DNA of 64,000 nucleotides from Octopus vulgaris (Eukaryota): the NCBI GenBank assembly GCA_951406725.2, contig OX597822.1, positions 54,374,001-54,438,000 on the forward strand. Reading direction: 5' to 3'. The translations under genes were made by a program, and so were the position numbers. The notes under the pieces are model-generated. The model was not told the DNA's origin. It ran no database searches and saw only the letters and a program-made list of their open reading frames with translations. Shown here one piece after another: positions 38,198-52,239 of this stretch. Within the stretch, counting starts at the first letter, position 1. Each line of letters opens with the position of its first letter.

Positions 38198-38976
38198 GAA
38201 ATAGGAAATCCGTTGGAAAAAACAAAAGCAGAACAGAGGCGGAACAAAACAAATCGAACGAGGCTCCTAAGAGCCCATGGCCAAACTGTTTATCAATGTA
38301 TGTTGAAAACTGGTGGTGGGTGCGTTGAAGGTTTTAACGGGTCAGGCAGCGGTCATTCCGGTGGGTGGGAGAGCGGGGTGCTTAGATGTTCTTTGTGACC
38401 GAGACTAAAGGTCTGACTATTTAAAGAATATTAGGTGTATTATATGGGGCGAGGCAAAATCTACTTAGAAACATGTGTGTGTGTACTGTTCTATGTGTTC
38501 GTATGTGCGTTTGATCACGTGGCCGTCAGTTGGTAAACAGCCCTACACAATGGTCACTGCTGTAAAATCCGTCGGGTGGCAGAAAAAAATTTTTTATGTG
38601 TGCGTGTGTTCGTCTAAACCTGCCTTGTCAAAGAAACCCCCCGTCGTCAAGACAACGCCCATTCGTCTCCCAGGAGTAATTCCCCTTGCAATGGTTAATC
38701 ATATTTCTCTTGAAGTTTATCTCGCCCCATATAATACACCTAATATTCTTTAAATAGTCAGAACTTTAGTCTCGGTCACAAAGAACATCTAAGCACCCCG
38801 CTCTCCCACCCACCGGAATGACCGCTGCCTGACCCGTTAAAACCTTCAACGCACCCACCACCAGTTTTCAACATACATTGATAAACAGTTTGGCCATGGG
38901 CTCTTAGGAGCCTCGTTCGATTTGTTTTGCTCCGCCTCTGTTCTGTTTTTGTTTTTTCCAACGGATTTCCTATTTC

Positions 38977-39056
38977 TTCCTGAAGAGAAAGACACAATAT
39001 GGTCTCCTTATTCAATCGGAATTTGGTAAATTGTGCCTTTCGAAACACGTGTAGAA
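38977..39056 (+). ncRNA. Type I hammerhead ribozyme motif (family C)
   Basis: ttc CTGAAGA gaaagacacaat...attgtgcctttc GAAA C acgt GTA gaa; long stem II, palindromic ACACGUGU stem-loop III. Confidence 0.82.
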
Positions 39057-39120
39057 TGCAATAAAACGATTTCTGTTCAATCTTCGTTCAACTCCATTTC
39101 TTCAATTCACTAATAATATT

Positions 39121-41391
<2,271 letters not shown>

Positions 41392-41670
41392 TTAATAAGG
41401 GTGAGAGAATTAGATACTAATTTAATAGTATATTTATTCAACACCAAGTGGCCTAGTGCTTCGAGAAGACCTGGATTATTATAATATTTTATAACATATT
41501 ATAATATTTTTACAAAATAAATATAAGAGAGTGGTCACTATATTGCTCACTCTAGCACCAGTTAATCCAAAAGGTTTCAACCACGAAAATACATGCTTAC
41601 CATGAAAGTCAGTACGATTGTTAGCTCACACGGACAGGGCAAATAAAAAATAACAAAAATACAGATTATT

Positions 41671-41748
41671 TTGGGACAATTGTTTCGCTATTAATGAATT
41701 AAATGTAATTTTACTTACAAAAAAATCCATTTGTAGCTCGTCAGCCAA
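41671..41748 (-). ncRNA. Type I hammerhead ribozyme (family D, unit 1)
   Basis: UUGG-CUGACGA-GCUA...UAGC-GAAA-C-AAUU-GUC-CCAA. Confidence 0.88.
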
Positions 41749-42205
41749 GACTATCTGGATGAAATCCACTCAATCACACGCCAGATTTTACCATAACGAT
41801 AAATACGCGTGTGGTTCAATTGATTACATCCGACGTTATAATTCAAATGCCCCAACCAACAGCGCGCCAAACTTTCACGGAAAACAAATACAGCATTTAG
41901 AAATAAATGCAGCATAATTATAATTAATTAATAAGGGTGAGAGAATTAGATACTAATTTAATAGTATATTTATTCAACACCAAGTGGCCTAGTGCTTCGA
42001 GAAACCTGGATTATTATAATATTTTATAACATATTATAATATTTTTACAAAATAAATATAAGAGAGTGGTCACTATATTGCTCACTCTAGCACCAGTTAA
42101 TCCAAAAGGTTTCAACCACGAAAATACATGCTTACCATGAAAGTCAGTACGATTGTTAGCTCACACGGACAGGGCAAATAAAAAATAACAAAAATACAGA
42201 TTATT

Positions 42206-42284
42206 TTGGGACAATTGTTTCGCTATTAATGAATTAAATGTAATTTTACTTACAAAAAAAATCCATTTGTAGCTCGTCAGCCAA
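42206..42284 (-). ncRNA. Type I hammerhead ribozyme (family D, unit 2)
   Basis: As unit 1. Confidence 0.88.
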
Positions 42285-42741
42285 GACTATCTGGATGAAA
42301 TCCACTCAATCACACGCCAGATTTTACCATAACGATAAATACGCGTGTGGTTCAATTGATTACATCCGACGTTATAATTCAAATGCCCCAACCAACAGCG
42401 CGCCAAACTTTCACGGAAAACAAATACAGCATTTAGAAATAAATGCAGCATAATTATAATTAATTAATAAGGGTGAGAGAATTAGATACTAATTTAATAG
42501 TATATTTATTCAACACCAAGTGGCCTAGTGCTTCGAGAAACCTGGATTATTATAATATTTTATAACATATTATAATATTTTTACAAAATAAATATAAGAG
42601 AGTGGTCACTATATTGCTCACTCTAGCACCAGTTAATCCAAAAGGTTTCAACCACGAAAATACATGCTTACCATGAAAGTCAGTACGATTGTTAGCTCAC
42701 ACGGACAGGGCAAATAAAAAATAACAAAAATACAGATTATT

Positions 42742-42820
42742 TTGGGACAATTGTTTCGCTATTAATGAATTAAATGTAATTTTACTTACAAAAAAAATCC
42801 ATTTGTAGCTCGTCAGCCAA
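42742..42820 (-). ncRNA. Type I hammerhead ribozyme (family D, unit 3)
   Basis: As unit 1. Confidence 0.88.
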
Positions 42821-43088
42821 GACTATCTGGATGAAATCCACTCAATCACACGCCAGATTTTACCATAACGATAAATACGCGTGTGGTTCAATTGATTACA
42901 TCCGACGTTATAATTCAAATGCCCCAACCAACAGCGCGCCAAACTTTCACGGAAAACAAATACAGCATTTAGAAATAAATGCAGCATAATTATAATTAAT
43001 TAATAAGGGTGAGAGAATTAGATACTAGTTTAATAGTATATTTATTCAACACCAAGTGGCCTAGTGCTTCGAGAAACCTGGATTATTA

Positions 43089-43135
<47 letters not shown>

Positions 43136-43679
43136 GTAAAGTAAACAGAGAATGGAGAAATATTGATCAACAACAATTGACTAACATCAATTATTACTTG
43201 ATGTTAGTCAATTGTTTGTAGTAAATGTCGGTTGCAATTTGGTTGTTGGACTTTTTAAAAATCAAAATGTCCAGAAATGGAGGCTGTTCCTTGCTATATT
43301 CCATTGTAAATTGAATGTTGGGGAATATATAGTGTTTTACATATTTTTTTTCTCAAGTGAGAATTTATATATATATATACACATTTATACATACACACTC
43401 ACACACACACAAAACGTACATTACTCCACATAACACATACGATAAGTTACTTGTACACATACACACACATACACACACATACACATACACACACAGGTTC
43501 ACATAATTTTCAGCTCGCCCACACATACTCACACACACTCCCCTATTTACACATACACACTCACTGACATCATTCTCACAAACACACGCGTTTGCGCATC
43601 TTAGCTTCGACCGAGTCACCGTTATTATCTCCCTTTCATTCAGCCTCTTTCTTCTGGCCATTTCATCATGTTGAACCAT

Positions 43680-43850
43680 TAATTCTTACGCACTTTTTTC
43701 TGCCCCCGTTTTATTTCTTTTTTCTCTTAATACTTTCTGTCGAAGAACGTAGGCTCGAAACGTCAGACATTTCCATTCTTCTCGAGCGTTAAACTAACAC
43801 ACTTGCTTGTTCTTTCACCTGTCATCTCTTTTGTTTTCTGTAAATTTGAA
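43680..43850 (+). mobile_element. Solo Penelope pLTR fragment related to 27140-27326
   Basis: ctttctgtcgaagaacgtaggctcgaaacgtcagac...gagcgt...cacctgtc...ttttctgtaaatttgaa. Confidence 0.75.
43734..43767 (+). ncRNA. Minimal hammerhead-like motif, variant core CUGUCGA (family B, decayed)
   Basis: ttt CTGTCGA a gaac gtag gctc GAAA C GTC aga; one stem II mismatch. Confidence 0.55.
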
Positions 43851-43908
<58 letters not shown>

Positions 43909-43911
43909 ACA

Positions 43912-44120
43912 CAAGGGGAGGTGCTGAAAAGTTCCTGACTTTAAGAGTACCGCGAAAGGCTGGTTGGAGGCCAACCTTCCGAGTTCTTTTATAGGGCTTA
44001 GAAAAACTGAAGGACTGTTGCAATAAGTGTGTGAATCTGATAGGGGGATATGTTGAATAAAATCATAATTAACTGACCTTCCTGCATGTTCTCTTACATA
44101 AAGCTAGGAACTTTTCAATG
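43912..44120. mobile_element. Mariner-derived MITE
   Basis: gtgctgaaaagttcctgacttta / taaagctaggaacttttca; homolog of 18830-19030. Confidence 0.75.
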
Positions 44121-44127
44121 CTACATA

Positions 44128-44562
44128 TATACATCTGGAAGATCCTGGAGGGAAGTGTCCTAAACTTTGGCATCGAGAGTTACGCAAATGCCAGAACTGG
44201 GCGCCACTGCGTGGTGCCTAGGACTCCAAGTTTGCCATCAAGATGTAGGACAAGATTCTGTGATAGCCTGGGCTTCCGTGGCCCACAGCTCTTCAATATC
44301 CTCCCGAAGAACCTGAGAGACCTGCATGGGGTGGATGCGGATGTCTTTAAAATGAAACTGGATCTCTTCCTGTCAGGTGTCCCAGATGAACCAACTTCAC
44401 GGCAGGAGGTGCAGATGAGGGCAGCTGCATCGAACTCTCTCATGCACCAAATGGCATTTGCTAAAAAGCTTTCGTAAAGTAAAACCAAGTAGCAACACCA
44501 AATGGCGGTGCCCCAGCATGGCCACAGCTCATAAGCTGAAACTAGAATCAATCAATCAATCA
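44128..44562 (+). mobile_element. 3'-end fragment of the 32160-37626 LINE family
   Basis: IYIWKILEGSVLNFGIESY...DEPTSRQE nearly identical to the ORF2 C-terminus; same 3'UTR and (ATCA)n tail. Confidence 0.95.
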
Positions 44563-44599
44563 TATAGTACACATTCATATATATGTACACATACGCATA

Positions 44600-44852
44600 G
44601 CGAAAGGATCAAAGTTCCTTCACAAGTAATAGGCTGATAAGGTCGTTTTTCTGGATTCTATGGAATATATAGTCACCCGTTGGACGAGACGCCGATCTGT
44701 CGCATAATTACTCACTTTTGCCAGCTGAATGGACTGGGGCTACATGAAATGAAATGTTTTTCTCAAGAACAGAATGCATCACCCGGTCCAGAAATCGAAA
44801 AACAATCTTACGATCACGAGTGCCACACCCTAACCACTAAGCTACACGCCTC
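44600..44852 (-). mobile_element. Degenerate tRNA-derived SINE (family 3)
   Basis: Minus-strand head GGAGGCGTGTAGCTTAGTGGTTAGGGTG. Confidence 0.7.
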
Positions 44853-44929
44853 CAAATACACACCACATATATGCGCGCGCGCATAATACATATAAAAACT
44901 CATATGCATAACACTAGCACTGGTATGTA

Positions 44930-46900
44930 TTCTTAAGATGCCATGTAAGCATTGCTTAACTTAAAATAATTATTGTTTCTAAATTTAAATATTTTTTATT
45001 TAACTAACATATTTAATCCAATTGCACAATAGGGTCCTCAGTGTTTTTTCTTGATCTCAATAAATTTATATGTACTATAATAGGAGTACAACCTATTTTA
45101 TTTGTAAAATAGGCATTTACGATTTGCAAATCTGTCCTTGAAATATGCATAATTTCTTTTGCAGTAACGTCCTTTTTTAACACTTGGATGCTAAAATTTT
45201 ATATCACTTCCAGACGTAACAAGAAAACACATCAATATGTATATAATACACTATGTTCAGTTGTGTATATACATATTTTTGTGAATGGCCCTTAACCATT
45301 TGAAGTAGAAGAAAAGGAAGTGAATGACTGTAAGAGGGGAGAAGATTTATACACAAATACTAACACACGCGCAGTAAAATCTACCTCAATGAATCTGTTA
45401 TGGATTAAGTTTAACAAAATGAAGAAAGCGGTACAATACGTAAAATTCATTTCTGTAGTGCTTGATGAAACCATTGAATTACCAGTTCTTGTCAGTTGTT
45501 CTCTCTAAATATATTTTATTCACAGGCTAACAAGGCATATGAGCTGTTGATGACGTTCGAACAAGTCTCTTCAAGTGCACCAGCATAAGTGATCTACAAT
45601 ATTTGTAAGAAATCTTATGCAAACATAAGAAAGTGAAAGTAAAATTGTAGCTCAGAGCTAAGGTTGTATTGCTGCTATGACTGGGATATTGTGTGGCCTA
45701 CATTCGAGATTAAAAGGAAATTGCCATCGGCTTTATTTGTAGACTGTTATTGCTTGAGGTTTAAAAAAAAATCTAGTCCTACCTCAAATAATGGCAAAAA
45801 TAAATCAATAAAAATTATTTTTTACGTCATTAAGTGGATTACTAGCCCTTCTTTTTTTAGAAATTCTGCAAAAAGAACACTTTTAAATCAAGAAATGGCT
45901 ATGTGAAAACTTCTGAAAGTATTAGCCATTCGTTAGACATTGTATTTTAAGATGTGTTGAAACTGTGTTTGAATGTAAAGAATCTCTTATCACTGTATTA
46001 AAAAAGTTAGAGATCTCGAGCCTGAGTGGGCTCTTGCTTCAAATAACTGTACAGGAAGGTTTTAAACATTGGCAGTTGATATCAGTTTTGGCTTTCTCTA
46101 AAGGTGGTGAGTTGGCAGAATCGCTAGCACGTCAGGCAAAATGCTTAGCGGCATTTCGTCCGTCTTAACGTTCTGAGTTCAAATTCCGCCGAGGTCGACT
46201 TTGCCTTTCATCCTTTCGGGATCGATAAAACAAGTATCAGTTACGCACTCGGGATCAATATAATCGACTACCCCGCTTCCCCCAAATTTCAGGCCTTGTG
46301 TCTATAGTAAGAAGGATTGATTTTTGATTTCTATTAAACCTTTTCCATAATGTTTTTCCCCTCTATTGTTAGATACGCTATTCGATGCAATGCAGGCAAA
46401 ACTGATAACGTTACATATTGTGCCAACCCCCAAGAATAATTTTCGTCAAACTTAAAACAGAAGAGTTAGAAAAGATTTGAGAAGCAAAGAAGCAAAGAAC
46501 CGAGATTTAAAAGAAGGAAATGTTGAATTAAAGACTTCTACTCTCAAGGATCTCTGTAAAAATATGTGACACAAAACTTAACGAAATTAATATCAGAGTT
46601 ATAAATTGGGTTCCATAAAGATTCTTAGAGCTACGACAGTTTCCATTCTTCTGTAACTAAATAAACAATTTCCAGAGCTTGCTTTTCGATTACTGAATGC
46701 AGGTGTGATAGTTCCTTAGGATTTTTTTTAATCTCTAAAGTCACAACTTAGAGCTGTTCACATTTTAGAATAATTCAAATATAAAACTATAGTAGACATT
46801 TTGAGTTCTACAAAGATGAATGACTTGGAGAAAGGTTTACCGTGAATTAGCAAGACTTCGGATCTGTTAACTATTTTCCACAATTAGAGCAACGACTTAA
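44930..46900 (+). pseudogene. Highly decayed hAT (ZMYM1-like) transposase remnant, with a family-2 SINE inserted at ~46100-46320
   Basis: Fragments FISVVLDET, KIVAQS, ALFVDCY..RF; many stops. Confidence 0.5.
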
Positions 46901-47762
46901 CCAAATAATTACTAGGCTAAAAAGGTAGGGGTCAATTTGTCCTACTGAAACCTTTCAAGGCGGGACTACAGCATGGCCGCAGTCAAATGACTGAAACAAG
47001 TAAACGATAAAAGAAAAATGCGTTTCAGATGTTGTACATTATGACGATGTCGGAATTTGTTGTAGAAAGATTTTCTGGGGGTGTGGAGAAGAGTTTCGGG
47101 AAATTCACACGAGTCGGCTTTGTTTAATCATAATTTTTAGAGAAATGGATGAATTTTGTACAAATGCATTTCAGAGAGAGAAATTACGCTTATATCGGAA
47201 TTTAATATGACAAAAAAGAAATTGGTGATTTCGTACTCGTACATACTGACGCACATGACATATGAAGACAAAATGAAACTTAAAATTTTGAAAAAAAAAA
47301 AAAATGTGATATATGTCAGTATGTAGGTGTACAAGTCCACCAAATTTTTTTCATATTAAATTCCGACATAATCGTGATCTTCACACTCTGAAAGGTATTT
47401 GTAGAAAATTTCATTAAAAAATATCCAATTTTTCTGAAAGTTATAAGGAAACAAAGCTGATTTGTGTAAATTTTCCAAAACTTACCACCCCTCCCCCAGA
47501 AAAAACGTTTTACAATAATTTCCGGTATAATTATAATCTACACCATATGAAAGATATTTGTAGAAAATTTCATGAAAAAATGTTCATTTTTCTCAAAGTT
47601 ATGAAGAAATAAAGATGGCCTGTGTCAATTATCTGAACGATAATTCATACGAATCAACTATGTTTTTTTCATAATTTCCCCCTTCCGTAAACATTTTTCT
47701 CAACAAATTGTGATATATTATTTACATTTGACGGATATTTGTCCTCATCTTGTTTGTTGTTA

Positions 47763-47806
47763 ACACAACGTTTCGGCTGATATACTCTCCAGCGTTCATC
47801 AGGTGT
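47763..47806 (-). ncRNA. Type I hammerhead ribozyme motif (family E)
   Basis: ACAC-CUGAUGA-A-CGCUG-GAGAGUAUAU-CAGCC-GAAA-C-GUU-GUGU; one stem II mismatch. Confidence 0.78.
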
Positions 47807-48062
47807 CTTGGGGGAAATTTCGAATCTGGGTTCTCATTCCTAAGGTATTTTTCGATGTTATTATTATTATTCAGGTCATATGCTCACGGGCATATTGCGT
47901 AGTGGTTAAGAGTGCGGCTACTAACCCCAAGATTCCGAGTTCGATTCCAAGGCAGTGACCTGAATAATAATAATAATATTAATATTAATAATAATAATAA
48001 TAATAACAACAACGTCGAAAAATACCTTAGGAATGAGAATCCGGGTTCGAAATTTCCCCAAG

Positions 48063-48106
48063 ACACCTGATGAAGGCTGGAGAGTATATCAGCCGAAACG
48101 TTCAGT
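48063..48106 (+). ncRNA. Type I hammerhead ribozyme motif (family E)
   Basis: acac CTGATGA a ggctg gagagtatat cagcc GAAA C GTT cagt; stem II perfect, stem I damaged. Confidence 0.72.
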
Positions 48107-48656
48107 TAACAACAAACAAGATGAAGACAAATATCTGTAAATAGTAAATAATGTAAATAATGTACATAATTTCTCATCTCTTAAATATAGAATTAAATTG
48201 TCATATAATTGGAATCTACAACATCTGAAAGATATTTGTTAGAAATTTCATTCAGAAATATCCACTTTTCTGAAAGTTATAAGGAAACAAAGTTGTTTGC
48301 CTCTTCCCTCGTTTCTTGCGACTGTCAAGTGTTTGTGTATTTTTGTAACCAGTCTTGTAAAGCCGAATTCTAAAATTCTAAATGTACGAAAATGTTAAAA
48401 CTGCTTATGACACACGTTTTACGACAGCAGGTGGAAAGGTGGGTACTGAAATACACAGTGAATATAAAAATAGTGATATGCCAGATGTGGCTTTTCCGAT
48501 GACAACAAAGACAAGTTATTGAGGTGATTTATCAAAAAAGTATTTATATGTGTATGTGTGTGAGTGTATGCTCGCGCACGCGTATATATATATATAATTA
48601 ATATAGACAACTGTGTGCAATGTGTTACCAAAAAGGAAAACTATAATTGTCACTAA

Positions 48657-48891
48657 TAAGGGCGGTGAGCTGGCAGAAACGTTAGCACGCCGGGCGAAAT
48701 GCGTAGCCGTATTTCATCTGCCGTTACGTTCTGAGTTCAAATTCCGCCATGGTCGACTTTGCCTTTCATCCTTTCGGGGTCGATAAATAAAGTACCAGTT
48801 TCGCACTGGGGTCGATGTAATCGACTTAATCCTTTTGTATGTCCTTGTTTGTCCCCTCTATGTTTAGCCCCTTGTGGGCAGTAAAGAAATA
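48657..48891 (+). mobile_element. Full-length family-2 SINE with perfect 15-bp TSD
   Basis: TSD tataattgtcactaa at 48642-48656 and 48892-48906. Confidence 0.93.
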
Positions 48892-49047
48892 TATAATTGT
48901 CACTAAATGTGACTAGGGTGCTACAACACCGACATTGCTAGAAATAAGAGCTAAGAAGCTCTAATGCTGTAGTTGAAGCACATAATTGTTGTATACATTA
49001 TGTACTGACATCGACTGTAATCACCCTAAAACACCGGTCAAGAAATT

Positions 49048-49098
49048 CCCACTACTGATCGGTCAGTTTCGGCTAATTCCGTAGCCTCATCAGAAGGG
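49048..49098 (-). ncRNA. Type I hammerhead ribozyme motif (family F)
   Basis: CCCUU-CUGAUGA-GGCUA-CGGAAU-UAGCC-GAAA-CUGA-CCGA-UCAG-UA-GUGGG; perfect stems II and III, one stem I mismatch. Confidence 0.85.
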
Positions 49099-49559
49099 AC
49101 CGCTAATTCGACTGATTCTAGACTTAATTCTGTTATTACATATGTATTCATCATAAAGATCTATGGGTGTTTTAGCGAATCGCTAATGTGCATACAAAAA
49201 ATTAATATAGACAGCTGTGTGCAATGTGGAAACCTATAACCGTCACTAAATACAATCGTGCTTTTTTTGGCTCTTATTTCTAGCAATGTAGGTGTTTGAA
49301 CACGCTAGTCATGTTTGGTGACAATGTGTGTGTGTGTGTGCTCCAAAAATTTCAATAGAAACACAACAAACGGAAAATTCACTCATAGGACGTTGCAATT
49401 GTTATAATGACATGAATAAGAAATGTTTTTATGAATTTCTCCAACAGGACCGCAGTAAAATGACTGAAACAAGTACAAAAAGAATAAAATGGATAATACA
49501 TAAAAAAAAAAAAACATTTTAAAAATTCAATACAAAATGGAAGACGACGAGAAATTAAT

Positions 49560-50810
49560 ATTGGTTTCAAATTTTAGCACAAGGCCAATAGTCTTGTGGG
49601 AGCGGCTAAGTCAATTAGATCGACCCCAGTGTTCAACTGATACTTATTTTATCGACCACGAAAGAAAGAAAGGCAAAGTCAACCCCAGCGACACTTGAAT
49701 CCAGAATGTAAAGACGGACGAAATGCCACTAAGTATTTTCCCCGGCATGCTAACAATTTTACCTGTTCGCCGCTTTACGAGAAATTAATATTATCTAATT
49801 TTCTTGTTGCATTATATTTTGAACTCGACTTTCTAACATTAGAAAAATGGAATTATAAAGTTGATTTCTAATATTTGACTCAAAATCGCACCTTGGCGGA
49901 CGTACGTACTCGATGTTGAACTTAGGTCATAAAGGATCACCACTAAATGATTGAAAGTATTTTGTCTGGCGTTTCACTGCTTCTGCTATTTACCGACACA
50001 GTGATGTTACTGTTTTATTGAGACATGAACTCAGCAATTTTGAAGTCAGGGTACAGTCAATACTTTCGACTCCAAGACTTAACTTTATTGGCCCTGAAAG
50101 GATAAGTTGTTCTTGGTGGGATTTGAGCTCAGAAGGTAAAGTGCGGGAAGAAATAATGCTATGCAATTTTTTCCAAATGTGTTCTAAAGGTTTTAGCTGT
50201 ACGTCGTTTTAACAAAGTGATAATTCTTTCAAATTTTGACGCATAGAGGTAAGTCGATTACATCGACCTCAATGCTTGGTTCGTACTTCGGAGGGGTGAA
50301 AGACTAAGTTGACTACAGGGAAATTTAAAATTAGAACGTGAAGAAAAATGCCTCTAAGCATTTTATCTGACATTGTAGCAGTTCTGTCAGCTCGCGACCT
50401 TTATCGACATAGTGATAATATTTTCCAACAAGTAAATACATAACATGAAGGTCATACACTTTGTGAGAGGTTGCACTCAATCAAATCGACTCGGTACTTG
50501 ATTGGTTCTAATTTATTTTATCAACGGCGTTGATAAAATAAATTAGAACCAATCAAGTACCGAGTCGATTTGATTGAGTGCAACCTCTCACAAAGTGTAT
50601 GACCTTCATGTTATGTATTTACTTGTTGGAAAATATTATCACTATGTCGATAAAGGTCGCGAGCTGACAGAACTGCTACAATGTCAGATAAAATGCTTAG
50701 AGGCATTTTTCTTCACGTTCTAATTGAGGATGAGAAGTAAATTCGACCACGGTGGAATTTGAGAATGTAGCAAATCTTAGCTAAATACCGCAATGCAATT
50801 TGTCCGACGT
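49560..50810 (-). mobile_element. Array of old, decayed family-2 SINE copies
   Basis: Repeated degenerate 'tcgacc...aaaggcaaagtcgac...gaatttgaactcagaa' motifs at ~200-250-bp intervals. Confidence 0.7.
50329..50725. repeat. Perfect palindrome, 198-bp arms, 1-bp spacer (50527)
   Basis: ...ttttatcaacg G cgttgataaaa...; no mismatch seen between arms. Confidence 0.95.
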
Positions 50811-51491
50811 ATTTTTATTTTCTTTATTGAGACTATTTGTGACGAGGTGGGAAACTCCTATAGTTTCTTTAGGATTGTAAGAACTGGAAATATGCAAATA
50901 TTACTCATAGAAGTGCAGATTCCATGGAAAGAGGTGAACCTCAAGGAAAGGAGCAGACTCCAATGGAGAAGGGACAGGTGAACAAATTGCTTTTTGATAA
51001 AATTAAGAAGGTTTCTAACTTTTTAAACTTGAACACTACGGTGAGAAAAAAGTAATATATGAAAGAATGAAAAATATATTTTATCTCTTCCTTAAAATGG
51101 AGGACAAAATATGGCGCTTCTTTAGAAACGCACCTCTCCAAGAAAATGACGCTTACTTGTAAGAAAAAAAAAAGAGAAATATATCCAATTCCTCTTAATT
51201 GTTCGATAAAATAAAGATCAATTGTAGAATCAATAGATACACTTTGCTTGGGTAGATATAATCCCCATGTCAGACCATTAAAATTGTAAGTAAAATACAT
51301 GGTATGCCTGTGATACAGAAATGTTACATTTGAGCGTTTGTAATTATTTCTTGATCACATGAGTTCAGTTTTACAGTTTACCACAATTTACATACGAAAT
51401 AATAGTAATATACTGGAGACGATGTAGTTGATTACGCTATCAAGAATTTAATATTGTGCTTTATTGCAACAAATCTTGAGCTGCAAATTTT

Positions 51492-51908
51492 GGATATTTT
51501 CGGTTTGAGCGGCAGTTTTTTCTAGCGGTGTCATATGAAATTGTCACCCATAATTATGACCCTAGTATCGATCTATTGCATTTCAATGTTTTTTAGGGTT
51601 AGGGTTAGGGGTGGGGGGAAGGGTATTTTTTTTCTTCACAAATGTAAATAAACCCAATCTGTTTCTTAAACGAGGGACATGTTCATACGGCACAGAATGT
51701 TTTTTTACCTCAAGGGACGTCAGTGATTGGTTGAAATTGCAGAAATTGAAGGAAAAAAACAACAAATATCTTACAAACTATAGAATTTTCACAATAAAGC
51801 CAAGAGAAAAAGATGTTTTATAAACACATTCTACCAGTATACGAAGTTTAAAATTTTTTAGTTACCTAGAAATTTTGTTAAAAACTGCCGTTCAAACCGA
51901 AAAGATCC
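51492..51908. mobile_element. Merlin-like MITE (second full copy)
   Basis: Same TIRs as 15119-15523; 8-bp TSD CAAATTTT (51484-51491, 51909-51916); internal TTAGGG repeats. Confidence 0.9.
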
Positions 51909-52239
51909 CAAATTTTTAAATAAAAACATTAATAATTGCTGATAAACCATTAAAAAAATATATAATATTTACCTTTTTTTCTCTCTTAATGAAAATAAGT
52001 TCAGGTAATGAGATTTAAATCAGAATACTTTTGTATCACAGTTTTAACTACTGTTCCTTTGTTTGTCGTAATGTCACACACTGGTAGAATCCAAATTAGT
52101 CGTTGAAACTTGTAGAAAAGCCAGCGTTAAGAACAAACCTGATAGAGAAGAAATACAGTTCTGTAAATGGCTTAAGAAGAAAATAATTGTATTATAATTA
52201 GCTAAAATAATAGTTGCGTAACAATGATATTATTTTCTC

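Larger units (their letters stand above)
38056..39120. mobile_element. Non-coding Penelope-type element: ~400-bp near-identical inverted arms (38056-38453 / 38721-39120)
   Basis: Mirrored ORFs 38078..38398(+) and 38776..39048(-); one hammerhead + AATAAA per arm. Confidence 0.9.
47718..48194 (+). mobile_element. tRNA-headed, hammerhead-bearing short element with inverted terminal duplication
   Basis: Arms ~47718-47878 / ~47957-48152; central tRNA-like A box (TAGTGGTTAAG) and B box (GAGTTCGATTCC) at 47888-47955; candidate 13-bp TSD aaattgtgatata / aaattgtcatata. Confidence 0.8.

Noticed and set aside
41545-41640. Second hammerhead per unit (minus strand ...GUGUGA GCUA...GAAACC...GGUG)
   Set aside because: No CUGANGA, cleavage position would be G, stem I does not pair.
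43172-43216. Perfect 19-bp hairpin
   Set aside because: Real, but short and AT-rich with no associated feature; likely a local fold-back duplication.
47888-47955. Genuine tRNA gene (also 24281-24331, ~44800-44852, ~60640-60700)
   Set aside because: A/B boxes present but no complete cloverleaf; they run into repeat bodies, so they are SINE heads.
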